From Macrostomum lignano (Eukaryota): DNA of 64,000 nt. The notes beneath the pieces were generated by a model. It worked only from the letters and a program-made list of their open reading frames with translations. It was not told the DNA's origin and did no database searches. The first letter of the stretch is position 1, and each line of letters opens with the position of its first letter. The stretch covers positions 1 to 64,000 of the forward strand of contig NIVC01002273.1 in NCBI GenBank assembly GCA_002269645.1, given 5' to 3'. Made by a program: the position numbers and the translations under genes. Shown piece after piece: positions 46,265-58,472 of the stretch.

Positions 46265-48385
46265 TTAGAGTCTAAAAATATGAAACAAATTAGCAAATTA
46301 ACAGTTCATGTATAGTGGTACTAATAGAAAAATTATTTGTTATAGTCAATTGCTACTCTAAAACTAGCCATATCTCTGTAGGTGGCACAATCTAACTTGA
46401 CTTTTGAGGCTACTAGTCATCTAGCTATCTAGTCTATCTAGTCTAAAATCAGAAAAGTAAGCAATGGCTAGACTTGAATCTAGTATTGATAACTTGGCAA
46501 TTAATTTTTTATTCTTAAATGCTCTTTATGAATGCACTTTAAAGGCCCCCTGCATTATCATAGCTTTTTGACCATAGACATTTTCATGCTTTGAGCATGT
46601 AAAAAATTTTTTTTAAAGAATTCTTGATATATCAGTGCAAAAATTTAAATGTTATATAGATTTGTCCTAGATAAATTAGGCTTACTTAGTTGCACTATTG
46701 CCAAACATTAAAATAACTACCCTCATGTCATAAAGTGGCCATTGACTAGGCCTATAGCAGACAAGTTTGTACTAGTATATATTATTTTATTACATTATTA
46801 ATTTGTTCACTTGCTTCTTTTTATATTTTGGACTCTAAAAATAGAAAACCAAATTCTAATAAAAATTATTCAATAAACAATTCTATAGGTCAAGGTATAC
46901 TTCATATATCAAGCATGCAAAACAAAAAAATTGACCAAGAAAGGCACATAGAATAGAGGATTTTTTGTCAGAATAGCACCAGGGTCAGGATTGTATACCA
47001 CTATATACTAGAACAAAAATTGCTTCCAAAGCTCATGTATGCCAATGTATGCCAACAAACTTTTTATTGCATGTAAAAATATGCCAAAAAAATTACAAAT
47101 TACAACCAATATTAACAGCTTGCAAAATTTTAATATTTAAAAAAAATAATAATGTGGTTAAACTGGCAATGGTAATTTTTTACTAAACTATATAAGATTA
47201 GTTCATTTTAACTATCTTTGTTTTACTTTTAACTTCTTGGAAAAGTTAAACCCAGTTTTTTAAATTTAGTTTTCCATTTTTTCATAAAAAAGACATTGTA
47301 AAAGGCCAGCTATTCTTTCTTATCAAAATTTAGCTAGGCCTACTACAACTATATATATGGAGATTTTTCCAAATTTAAACTTATTCATTTTTATGCTAAT
47401 TGTATAGATTAATTAGAGGTCAGACAGGATTGAAATCTTTGGGAAGGATAGGGATTGGAAATAATTTTTTTTCTTAGGATCAGGATTTGGGAATTGGGAT
47501 CAGGTCTTTTAGTATATTATAGTTTGTAAGTCCATATAAAGGTAAACAAAATTGAGCAAAAAATGTCAAGATCAAAAGTGAAATGCAACAAAAGTCAAAA
47601 TTGATACAATGTTCTGTAATCAACAAAGTAATAATGTAATAAATACAAGTTAAAAAAATATATTGAGTAATCACTAATTCTATCAACTTTTGATCAAAAG
47701 ACCTGTTCCTGATTCTTGTGTTTTTTAGGGTTGGGATCCTGGTCCCATTGGAATACAATTTTCCTCAGGATCCTAGGATTTTGGGATTGGGATCCCATCT
47801 AAACTCAAAGATTGATTGGGACTCGGAACTTCTAGTCCCATCTACTATCTTGGCAATCTATATATGCCAAGCTGAATACCAAAAGGGCACATATACATGC
47901 CCAATACCTATCCAACCTGTTCGAACTAGACAGGTCAAATGGCCGCTGGCCAAGGTAGGTTGCAAAATTGAAAATACAAAAAAGGAAAAATTGGGAGAAA
48001 AAAGAAAGGAGAGGAAGAGAAAAAGAAAAAGGCAAGAAAAGTCATTTACAAAGTGAAGATTAAGTTGCAATCAAGAGGAACTAAGTTGCAATTGGAAGAA
48101 ACTAAGTCACAATTGGGAGAAACTAAGTTGCACTAGACAGGATATATTTTGAGGTGGTGCATGTATGAGGGCACACCAGGCCAAGCCCGGCGGCAATAGT
48201 GCAGTTATCGTTCGCGAAATTATTTTTCGTTTAAATTTGAAAGTTCACAACGAGAAAACAATAACAACGATAAAAATTGATATTTTAAACCATTCTAACG
48301 ATTGTGGCAGAGTTTTTAGCTCCCTGGTTGCCGAACTTGCCAACTCGTCATTGTGTTGTAGTGGCAGATACAGAGCTTGTCACTG

Positions 48386-49362
48386 GGCACTTTAGTAGTG
48401 GCGAATCCAGAAAAGCATGTTTCCGAAAGCCCTGTTTGCTCCAAACAGTCAGCGCCACATAAACTCCTGGATGTGGCTCTCGAAGAAGGCATCGCTTGTT
48501 CCATGCATAGCCCTGAATTTGGCCTTGCAATGCACCCACGTTCCCTCAATCGTGTTGGTGTGGAGAGTCGCATCATTTGGGTCCACGAAATGGAGTCGAT
48601 GGTTCACGACACCGTGGTCTCCGTAGCCACCAACTACATTCGCCACTTGGTTGTAGGCTTGCCAACCATCAGTCAAGATCCGTGTGCCAGACAGGACAAA
48701 CTGCTGGATTATAGGAAGCAGTGTCTGAGCAGACCTGTCAGGCACAACAACCATCACACACTTGGGGCTACCCCTTTCTACCATGCCAAGGACCTAATGA
48801 CCCTCACAGTATGCACCCTGCTGGTATTTGCGATGAAAAAAATTGCTTTCATCGATTTCAATTCAACAGTAGTGCCAGGTCCACCAAGTTGCATCGGGTG
48901 GTCAATGAAGTACTGGCAGCAAATGTCCCTGACAAAGTTGAGCCAGTCCACAGCTGTATGATCACTAACGCGACACTCGTGCATCACGGCCATCTTGGTC
49001 TCATTCCTGGCCCAGCAGTACAGCAAGGTGACAAGCTGCTGCAGTGTCAGGTGACTACGCTCAAAGAAAGAGTCCTTCCTGATGCTTTGCTGACTGCAGC
49101 AAGTCTTGCAGTCCCAGGCCCAGCCATCTACAAAGCGATCACCAGCTCGACGCTGCAGGTTCATGGGGGTCTGGGCTGGACAGGAGCATGTACGTTGGTT
49201 GCCGATAAGCCCAACCTTGGCCATCCAGCGCATTGTATCCTCCGGCGTTGCCGTGGCAGCCATCAGGTCGCGCGCATTTAGCTCTAGTTGCGGTAGAGCA
49301 TTTGCTAGCAGCATTTCATTCGGCGGAATTATCCACGAGGGTCTTGGTGGTCGTCCAGCCAT
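48386..49362 (-). pseudogene. Merlin transposase pseudogene
   Basis: N-terminal Cys cluster (CSC..WDCKTC..SIRKDSFF); VE-IDES broken by a 5-bp ttgaa duplication; GH*VLGMVER; TDGWQAY; VNH; HTNTIEGTW; premature TGA before LFGANRAFGNMLFWIRHY. Confidence 0.9.
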
Positions 49363-49395
49363 GATACAAAATGTTGTTCAAAAAAACAAATATTA

Positions 49396-49611
49396 CACCT
49401 TTTCACGTTCAATTTTGATCAAAGTCCAGTTCTAAAAAACTAGCGGAAATTCAATTCAGACTGAGGATAATTTTGTCTATGGCTAAACCTTACTTCGGTT
49501 AGAAATGTTTTGAGCTGGAATTAGACTGGGCCCCAGTCTAAATTGTCTGAATTGAATTTCCGCTAGTTTTTTTAGAACTGGACTTTGATCAAAATTGAAC
49601 ATGAAAAGGTG
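49396..49611. mobile_element. Tc1/mariner-type MITE nested in the Merlin 5' region
   Basis: About 66-bp near-perfect TIRs caccttttcacgttcaattttgatcaaagtccagttctaaaaaactagcggaaattcaattcagac, flanked by TA on both sides. Confidence 0.88.
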
Positions 49612-50706
49612 TAGCAGCTTTTCAGCAAAAGGGAAATAGTTCAAGCCCCCCCCCCACTTGAGCCCCTTTCGATTTTTTAAGATATTTTTTCCATAGACAA
49701 CTTGCGTTTTAAGTAGCATTCGAGCGTGTAACAGATTTAATGAAAAAAGTATATTAATAGAGCGCCCATTTGCTTTTAAGTTCCGCGACCAGTGAGCTCT
49801 GGCACAGTCGCTAGAATGGTTTAAAACATTGTTGCTATTGTTTTCTGGTTTCGAACTTTCAAATTTAAACGAAAAATAATTTCGCGAACGAAACTGCACT
49901 ATTGCCGGTTTATCCATATGCATATTTAATTTAATTTGTTCTTTTTGCACAAAACTCGATATTTACTTTTGTTTGGGATGAATTTTATCCTGGTCAGCTA
50001 GTCTATAGGATAGCCCTATTCTCCTCTATACACTATATATTTGGCATCAAAGTAGGCCTAACATGTAACTGAAATGGATGACCCCAAAATGACTGTTACC
50101 AAAGTAGTGCCTAGGACAAAAAATTGTAAATAACAAATAGGCCCTACATTCTAGGCCTATAAACAGTTCAGAATGACAAAGTCTAGTTAGGCGACTAGGC
50201 GTATTTGATATTGTTAATGTTAGCAATTAAAGCATCAGTAGGCCTATTATGCCATTAGGTTTGCAGCAGCAAGTAACACACCTTTACTTGATTGGTTGAC
50301 AGTAGACAGCAGACAGGTAGGTTATTAGATAATTAGATAAATTAGTAGTAGTTTCGGTTACAGTCCATTTCGGCGAAAAACCATTTCGGAGAATCGGCGA
50401 ATGCAATGACCACTTCGGCGAACGATATGGCTAATATAGTTTATTTAACTTTATATAATTGGATTTTAAAAGTATTGAATAACTACAACTCAAAATTAGG
50501 TGCTCAAAATTACTACAACTTTTATCGCCTTTGTTGTACTTTCTTAACACAGAATATAGTCAGTCCGCTCTTAATTAATGTTCTATAATTTATGTTCTAA
50601 TTCATATTGAATTTCAATTATATTCCATAATCTCAGATTTAATCCGTACGTAAGATTATTCGGAAATGCATGTAGTAACAATTAAATGTACATATGTACT
50701 TAAAAC

Positions 50707-51272
50707 GGGTTGCTTTCCCAACCGCTAAATCACCTACTTTCATAAACGTGAAACTTCATATCCGCGAAACTTCACAACCGCTAATTTTTTGCAGTCACTT
50801 TCATAAACGCGAAACTTCACAAACGCGAAACTTCACAACCGCTAAATCACCCACTTTCATAAGCGCGAAACTTCACAAACGCGAAACTTCACAACCACTA
50901 AATGTCATTTACTTTCATAACCGCGAAACTTCACAACCGCTAAAAATTTTGCACATACTTTCATATACTGCAGTCTTTTTAGCGGTTGTGAAGTTTCGCG
51001 GTTATGAAGTTTCGCGGTTGTGAAGTTTCGTGTTTGTGAAAGTGACAGCAAAAAATTTAGCGGTTGTGAATTGTTTCGCGTTTATGAAATTTAGCGCTTA
51101 TGAAAGTAGGTGATTTAGCGGTTGTGAACTTTCGCGGTTGTGAAGTTTCGCGTTTATGAAAGTGACTGCAAAAAAAATTAGCGGTTGTGAAGTTTCGCGT
51201 TTGTGAAGTTTCGCGTTTATGAAAGCAAGTGCTTTTAGCGGTTATGAAATTTCACGTTTGTGAAACCCACCC
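50707..51272. mobile_element. Foldback MITE nested in the MULE
   Basis: Arms built from aaccgctaa and cgcgaaacttcac repeats and their reverse complements; GGG ends; 8-9-bp TSD cttaaaac(g). Confidence 0.8.
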
Positions 51273-51589
51273 CTTAAAACGTCCACTTTTAAGTTCGAGT
51301 TCGACTTGTTTCGACTTTGACAGAGTTCGGATTTGTCAAGGTCGAACTCAAATCAGGAAAAAAATTGTGCCTTTAGTACATATGCACTTTATTGGTTCCG
51401 AAATTACATGTACATGCATGTTATTACATGTAAATGTACATATAGAGCAGCAGGTATACAGCATACGAATTTTTGAGCTTACGTTTTATACACACGAGCT
51501 CGTAAAGCATGAGAATAGCATGAATTGTCAATTGCTGGGTAGCGCACGTATTCGTTATTACTGAAATGATCACGGCACATTCAGTTTGC

Positions 51590-53750
51590 TACAGCCTATA
51601 GGCGTGCAGCAGCTGCGTAGCGGTACGCAGACCAGTTTCGTACTCTGCCCAGCGTGACGCAAACTTCATCTGGCGCTTGAGATAAGCTGCTCGTTCAACT
51701 CGTCGAGCAGCGCCTTGTGCTAACAATCGGCTCTCCACGAAGACCAGACGGGCCTCTTCATGAAGCAACCGGACCAGAAGGTAAAAGCTGGCAGCTGGCC
51801 TTGTTGAGCACGAGCGTTCAGTCTTAGCTGTGCCACCCTTCGACGTCGTTGTTAGTGCGCACACTTTCACCAAACACAGAGAGGCTTTCGAGTGGGAATA
51901 TGTCGCTGACTCGCTGGTGATCCACGTGTTCTGACAAAATGAAGTCAAATGAGTCAAATGCTATGTGTAAGAGAATTTACAGTGTAACTGACGACTTTAA
52001 AAAACATTTTTGGTTTTGAGTGTACAGTAGGGTGTACATACAAATTTTGAAAGGGCAACTATCTTTAGCAATTAATTGGATTTTACATTCATATATACAG
52101 TACTGTTTCAGGTACATTATAAATTCTGTAATAGATAGATTAATTACCTGAACATACATGTAGTTGCAAAGTGCCGTAAGCTGTGGCGAAGAAGCAGGTT
52201 GACCTGCGGCGGCCAGTGTTGCGCGCAAGCCGTAGAATTGCTGCTGCCATCTCGTGATGAGGCAGAAATGGAAGCGCCATAAGTTTCCGACAGAAACTCT
52301 GGGTGTCGTCATCCGCCTTGCTTAGGCTTTGTACATATGACGCCAAACCGCCTGGGTGAAGTGAAAAACGCACTCCCCTGATGCGGCCGCCTGGATAAGT
52401 TTTACGCAAGGCTCGCCACAAGCTTCGGCCTCGTAATCAAGAATAAGTTTCTTAGGCCTGTCAGAAGGGAGAGTAGGTTTTTTAATTATAAAATTTTTTC
52501 TCACAACTAAAATTTGAGTTTTTGTTGGGTCGGTAGAATTGTACGCCTCGTACATGTATATAATAATGCTCTGTACATACTTGCCCATGCACAGCATTAC
52601 AGGTGGCAAAAATAGTACTTACGAAGCACATGAGATGAGCTCTTCAATAGCCTTCAGAACCTTGCGGTAATCCTTCCGTCGCTTGCCTGACATCAGCACA
52701 AACAGCAGAGGCACTTGCTTCCGATTTTCCTCATGGCCCATGATAAAAGCCTGGATGGTGTACAGCTGAACGAAGGGTTTTTTACCACGTGGAAAGTCTC
52801 ATCCATGAACCAGTCTTGCGCTTGCGCAAGCATTGTTAGGCCTTCGTTCGTTGCAAAGATGATGCGGCGCCGAACTCCCGAGTGAACATCTCTCTGCAGA
52901 AAACCTGCCGGCAGAGCGTTCTCCTGCAGTTCAAACTGAAGATCGTTTGGTTCCTCAGAGCGCTCGTTCTTACGCTGTCTATTTGCCGTACGTGCCAGAA
53001 GGTTGGGGTTCGGCATCGATGGCCCAGTCTGTGAAAGTTTAAAAGTTTGTTTTTTGTATACATTTATCTATACCTTTTAAAATAAAAACACTATATGGGC
53101 TTGGTTCGCTATGGACTCGATCCCAAGCCGCTGAACCAATGGAGAGAGGAGAAGGAAGAGAGGCGATCGAGAAGAGAGAGGAGAGAGGAGGGTGCAGAGA
53201 TAAGAGAAAAGAGTAGAGAGGAGAGTGGATGGAGAATAAAGGAGAGAGGAGAGACGAGAGAGGAGAGTTGAGAGGAAAGAGAAGAGGGGATAGAGCGGAT
53301 AGGAGAGATGCATGTAAGAGAGTAGAAAGAAGAGATTCTTCAAAGGCTACTAGTTCCCGGGATTGGAAATTCAGCGGGTTTGAAATCCGTGGGTTTTAAC
53401 ATCTTGTAGTATAATATATAGTGCACAATAATATACCCGAAACTCCTGCAGCACATCAAGCGTCTCTTCCTTTGCAATCTGGACTGCAGATAGAAATGGA
53501 TTCCACAATGCGCCGCTTCAGCCGCGCTCGCTCCACAGGCCTGTGGAGAGGCAAATGACACTGCAGAACGAAACGTTTGCTGAAGGCTTCTCCGCGCTGC
53601 ACAACTGTTGCACTGCAAGTTTGGTGTCCATTGCGAAGTGCACTCCGCCAATATTTTTTTGCCTTTGACAAACTTGAACTGGCCATCAACGACAAGAATG
53701 TCGCGATTCTTGGTCGAGCCGCTAGACACAATTTGAAACTCTGGAGCATG
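51590..53750 (-). pseudogene. MULE transposase pseudogene with FLYWCH-like N-terminus
   Basis: Fragments STKNRDILVVDGQFKF, DWFMDETF, QVPLLFVLM, LILDYE, CVFHFTQAVWR, LMALPFLP and RTNNDVEGWH occur in several frames with stops. Confidence 0.85.
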
Positions 53751-54753
53751 AGCGGGCCAAATTCCTTCTATAAGCTTGTGAGTCTAAGCCAAAGCAGCAC
53801 AGTTAATTTTGCAAATTTTTATGCGCTATAGCACCCCCACAGAGTCAACGCACGCTGCCGAGCAGGCGCGTAAAGGCTTCATTTGAATTGATAGTCTTGC
53901 AATATACTCCGTGCGTCTATCAGCACCTTCCCCAAAATGTGGCGATTAGGGCCTATGTCACACAAAATCACTTCGCAATTAGTTAAGGCGCTTTGGCACA
54001 TATAGGTTTTATTAAGATTATTGCAGCTAGATCGATTAACTCAAATACAGGAAGCGGATATTAATTTCTCCGCCGGAGATAAACTCGTGCTAGCATTCCG
54101 TTGTCTTGTTTCGTTAAATAAATGTTTCGTTAAGTTCCACAGGCTTCGCCGAAGTGCATGGTCAAATTCATTCGCCGAAGTGGTCTTTCGCCGAAATGGT
54201 CAGCACCCAGTCGTTTCAGCGCCTGAATGGTCCTGAATGAAACATGCCCTGTGACTGTGACGTTGTCTTTGCCTCGATCTCTTGTCAGTCGAGACACGCT
54301 TGACTGGCTGACAACTCATTTTGCGGCAAAATTAGTAACAGTTACTTCGGTAGTTATAGCTCGTAGTCATTTACTTATTTACTTATACTAGTTACTTATT
54401 TACTAGTAGTTATAGTCATTTGGTGTAGGTTCAGAGCTTTAACAATAGACGAATAGTGGGGAAGTGTATTTAGCTGTGCAGAACAGCTGGACCGTGGCTG
54501 GTCACCGTCCGTCCGTCCGGCATTCGGACAATATCTAGCAGCGCTACGCATTAAAACATTTAAAGTCATTTTAGCATAGTATTCCCGGGAAAACTATTTG
54601 ATTCTAAATTACAAGAATAAGTATTTATTTAAAAATACATTGTAGTGTTTCGTAAATAAGCGATTATAAATGCTTAACAGCATTTGAATTTATCGGATGG
54701 TCCGACGGCTTCGGAAAGCTATCCATCACGTGTCACCGAATCATGGAATGCAC

Positions 54754-56074
54754 GGGTCTACGACGTTTGCCTGCCGGACGTTTGCCAGCCGACGTTTGCC
54801 TGCGAGGCTTTTGCCAGACGACGTTTGCCAGCCGACGTTTGCCTGCGAGACGTTTGCCAGCCGACGTTTGCCTGCGAGACGTTTGCCAACCGACGTTTGC
54901 CAGCCGACGTTTGCCTGCCGGACATTTGCAGGCGGCAATTGGTTAAAGAAGTATGCCCTCTCTAGGCTTACATGTACTTGCATTTGAAAACTGTGGACAC
55001 AGCACTAATCTAATTCCACCTCGCTCCCTACTACTGCTATTAAATATACAGGTTACTAACACTACTGTTCAGGCTTATTGAAGTTATTGCTCTTGTCTGC
55101 CTAAATAGGAAGGTAAAAATACAAAATAGGAGTTTCCATCGTCACAGTTGGTGTCTATGTATTTCATGGAATGGCCCTTTCCATCTCAGTGGCCAAACAA
55201 GCTGAGTGTTTACAAGCTAGATGGGAAAAGACTCAGACATTCATAATGGTATTGGCCTAGTCTCGCCTATATATACTTAACTCAAAAGCCAAACTCTGCT
55301 TAACGGAGTTTGGCCATGACAGCGTGCACTTGACAAGCTGCATTGGAATTAATTCGCTTTTGGATCTCCCAATGAACTGGGAAATATATAAGCCAGAATT
55401 ATCGTTCAGCAGTTCTTTTATTTGCTCAAAACTTGGCTCGCTGGAGATTCCCGTTTAAATTTGCGTGTCTTCATTCGCAAATCAAAAATGAAACATCTCA
55501 AACTGGGAAAAGTGATACAAAACTGTCAGAAGTAAACTTTATAATATTTTCACATTCAAAGAATTTGTTGTTAAACTAGATGCTAGATTGATGAACGGCA
55601 TAATTTGTATAGATTTTGTTTTCGAACTTTTATACATGCGAACAACCGTCAAAAAGTTGGACTAAAAAAGGTTTTTTCAACCCGCTAAACTGCGAATATT
55701 TCAGTATCAAATTTTTCACTCACACTGACTTAATGTTGGCTGGCAAACGTCGGCTAGCAAACGTCCCGCAGGCAAACGTCGGCTGGCAAACGTCGGCTGG
55801 CAAACGTCGGCTGGCAAACGTCGGCTGGCAAACGTCGGCTGGCAAACGTCGGCTTGGCAAACGTCGGCTGGCAAACGTCGGCTAGCAAACGTCCCGCAGG
55901 CAAACGTCGGCTGGCAAACGTCGGCTGGCAAACGTCGGCTGGCAAACGTCGGCTGGCAAACGTCGGCTGGCAAACGTCGGCTGGCAAACGTCGGCTTGGC
56001 AAACGTCGGCTTGGCAAACGTCGGCTGGCAAACGTCCCGCAGGCAAACGTCCCGCAGGCAAACGTCGCTATCCC
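54754..56074. mobile_element. Foldback non-autonomous element with repeat-built arms
   Basis: Left arm (gacgtttgccagcc)n, right arm (ggcaaacgtcggct)n; ends gggtctacgac / gtcgctatccc; 8-9-bp TSD gaatgcac(g). Confidence 0.85.
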
Positions 56075-56634
56075 GAATGCACGACGGACGTGGGTGCAGT
56101 TAGAATCGAGGTAAGGTACATCTTATTATGAATGAAGTTAGTCATAAGATCGTCGCCATCGGATGTGAAACAGCGATCATCTCAAGCCTACATTATCATC
56201 GATGATATACCTTGTGTACAGACCCAAAGCGACACTAAATCTCTTCAAGCAACATTTCCTTCTAGTTATTTTTTCGTCTTCTTTTGCATTAGAGTGAATG
56301 ACCATTTTGCATTGATAAATTATAGAGTAGAAAATATAGTAGGTGAAAGCATACAAACCTTAGAGATTTAGTATATTTAGATGGTCCGGCACTGGCCGCA
56401 TCTTCAATGTACATGTAGTTCGCGTTACATTGATTGGATTGACTTCTTACCTAGCCTTACGTAACCTAATATTTTAAGCTAGCCTCATTGGCTAAGATTG
56501 CGGCTTCACCCCACCCACCCCAGCAAGCCTACCCAACCAACCAGCCAGAACTGCACTAACTTCTTGATGGGAGAGCTGAATGCGCCTGTGTCTTATCATT
56601 CTAACTTCAAGCTGCAGCATTCAGATTGATGCGT

Positions 56635-56985
56635 CTAGAATGCGCGCTTGTGCCAGACTCATGCATTCAAGATGCGCGCTTGTGCCAGACTCATGCATTC
56701 AAGATGCGCGCTTGTGCCAGACTCATGCATTCAAGATGCGCGCTTGTGCCAGACTCATGCATTCAAGATGCGCGCTTGTGCCAGACTCATGCATTCAAGA
56801 TGCGCGCTTGTGCCAGACTCATGCATTCAAGATGCGCGCTTGTGCCAGACTCATGCATTCAAGATGCGCGCTTGTGCCAGACTCATGCATTCAAGATGCG
56901 CGCTTGTGCCAGACTCATGCATTCAAGATGCGCGCTTGTGCCAGACTCATGCATTCAAGATGCGCGCTTGTGCCAGTGCGCGCTT
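56635..56985. repeat. 32-bp minisatellite
   Basis: Unit atgcattcaagatgcgcgcttgtgccagactc, about 10 copies. Confidence 0.95.
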
Positions 56986-58472
56986 GTGTCACTGAGAGCA
57001 GTTAAAAAATGCGCGCTTTTGTCATGCGCGCTTAATCATACGTCTCAAGATTAAGGCTATAGTGCCAATAACTATGGTACTTAGTGATCCTTGTATGAAC
57101 ACAGCTAGAGCAGTAAACTCACGTAATTGGCAACAGATCGAGGCTGAATCCCGTGGGCAATGCAGTACGCCTGGGTAGGTTTGACAAGGTCTTATTTCTC
57201 TCTATTCAATGTTTCAGTGTGTGGTATCGCATTTGACTAGATTGAGACTTTGCAGTAAGAGACCGTATTTCCGGCTAGCGGAGAGCAAATCAAAACGCAA
57301 CAAAAACAGTAATAGCTATTGAAACTTTTGTAAAAGATTTTTTGCTCGAAATTGAGTATTCGTTATACAACTTATTTCTTTGTCCGAGTTAAATTGTTTC
57401 CTGTTCCACTCGAGCCTGGAATTGTGATGATTTTGAAATTTCATACGGATGGTAATAACTTGGTGGTCTCCAGGACGCTGGCATGGGTGATGATCCTAAC
57501 TCTGCCACTGTCAGCATTGGACTCATACTTTATATCTGCTTCCTTGCAGAATCTGATTGGTTTCCCATCTATTGACTACACGTAAATTTTGTTTTAATGA
57601 AATTCAAGTCTCAGAGCAAAGATAATAAGAATTCAGTTTTTATCGTTACTTTAAAATTTTCCGTAGCCAAGGCTATTTACAAGAGCATGTGCGCACCATA
57701 AATCAACTGCCGGGTATTTTGGCTGATAAGCATCATATTTTCCCCGTATGCAACGCCGCTCACATTCATCAATGCTACAAACTCATGAGGCTGGGTTGAG
57801 TCAATGGGTGAAGCCACACCACTACTGCTGCAGCCCCCATTCCATTCCTCTATCTATCTCCCTCTCCTTCCACACCATAGCCTCACGATAAGTGGTCTCA
57901 CTGGCTGGGAGATTAGGTATGAGGCATGCCTGCGGGGCTGAGCTACAGAGGCAGGTGGGAGGCTACAGGCTGCAGCTCAACTGCCAATCCCAAATTTGCG
58001 ACGAGCAAAAAATCCCCCCCCCAGCATTCTCCGTAGAGGAGAGCCCTCATCCTTCGCCCAGCCCAGCATACTGCCGAGGTATCGACGGCTCAGCGTCGCG
58101 AAAGCAGAACACAGGGATATATAGATCCCCATCGGCTTCTACAAGAGAGAGAGAGAGAGTGCGAGAGACGCGGAGGCCCAATACGAACGCTCGATCGCTC
58201 ACAGGCAGAAAATTTCTCCCACACCCCTGGGAGGAACTGCATTCAATTTTCTCCTGAAGGGGAGGCGTCGACAGAGGAACAAAAGAAATTGCCAATAATA
58301 GCAAGCCTTCGTGCGTGCAGCTTAAAGCCAGCTGTTGGTTGTGCGATTTTAAACGCGGCAAAGCAGACTGTTGCTTCAACTGGTTGCTTTAAAAGTCTAC
58401 AAATTTTGAGTTGGAGAGAGCAAGGAACCTACTTGCATAATATTCTGACCCCAGCGTCTGACACTTCTTCCA

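Larger units (their letters stand above)
48191..49907 (-). mobile_element. Merlin (IS1595/ISXO2-like) DNA transposon
   Basis: About 110-bp imperfect TIRs starting cggcaatagtgcagtt..cgttcgcgaaattattttt at both ends; internal transposase pseudogene; no TSD found. Confidence 0.88.
50356..54208 (-). mobile_element. MULE/Mutator (Phantom-like) transposon, decayed
   Basis: Subterminal repeats ccatttcggcgaa inverted at both ends; 9-bp TSD agtagtttc / agtcgtttc (one mismatch); transposase relics inside. Confidence 0.85.

Noticed and set aside
48180-48190. 8-9-bp TSD for the Merlin element
   Set aside because: Left (ccaagcccgg) and right (gtttatcc) flanks do not match.
53120-53340. Purine-rich GA tract within the MULE
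   Set aside because: Simple low-complexity expansion; its translation (L/S-rich) is compositional only.
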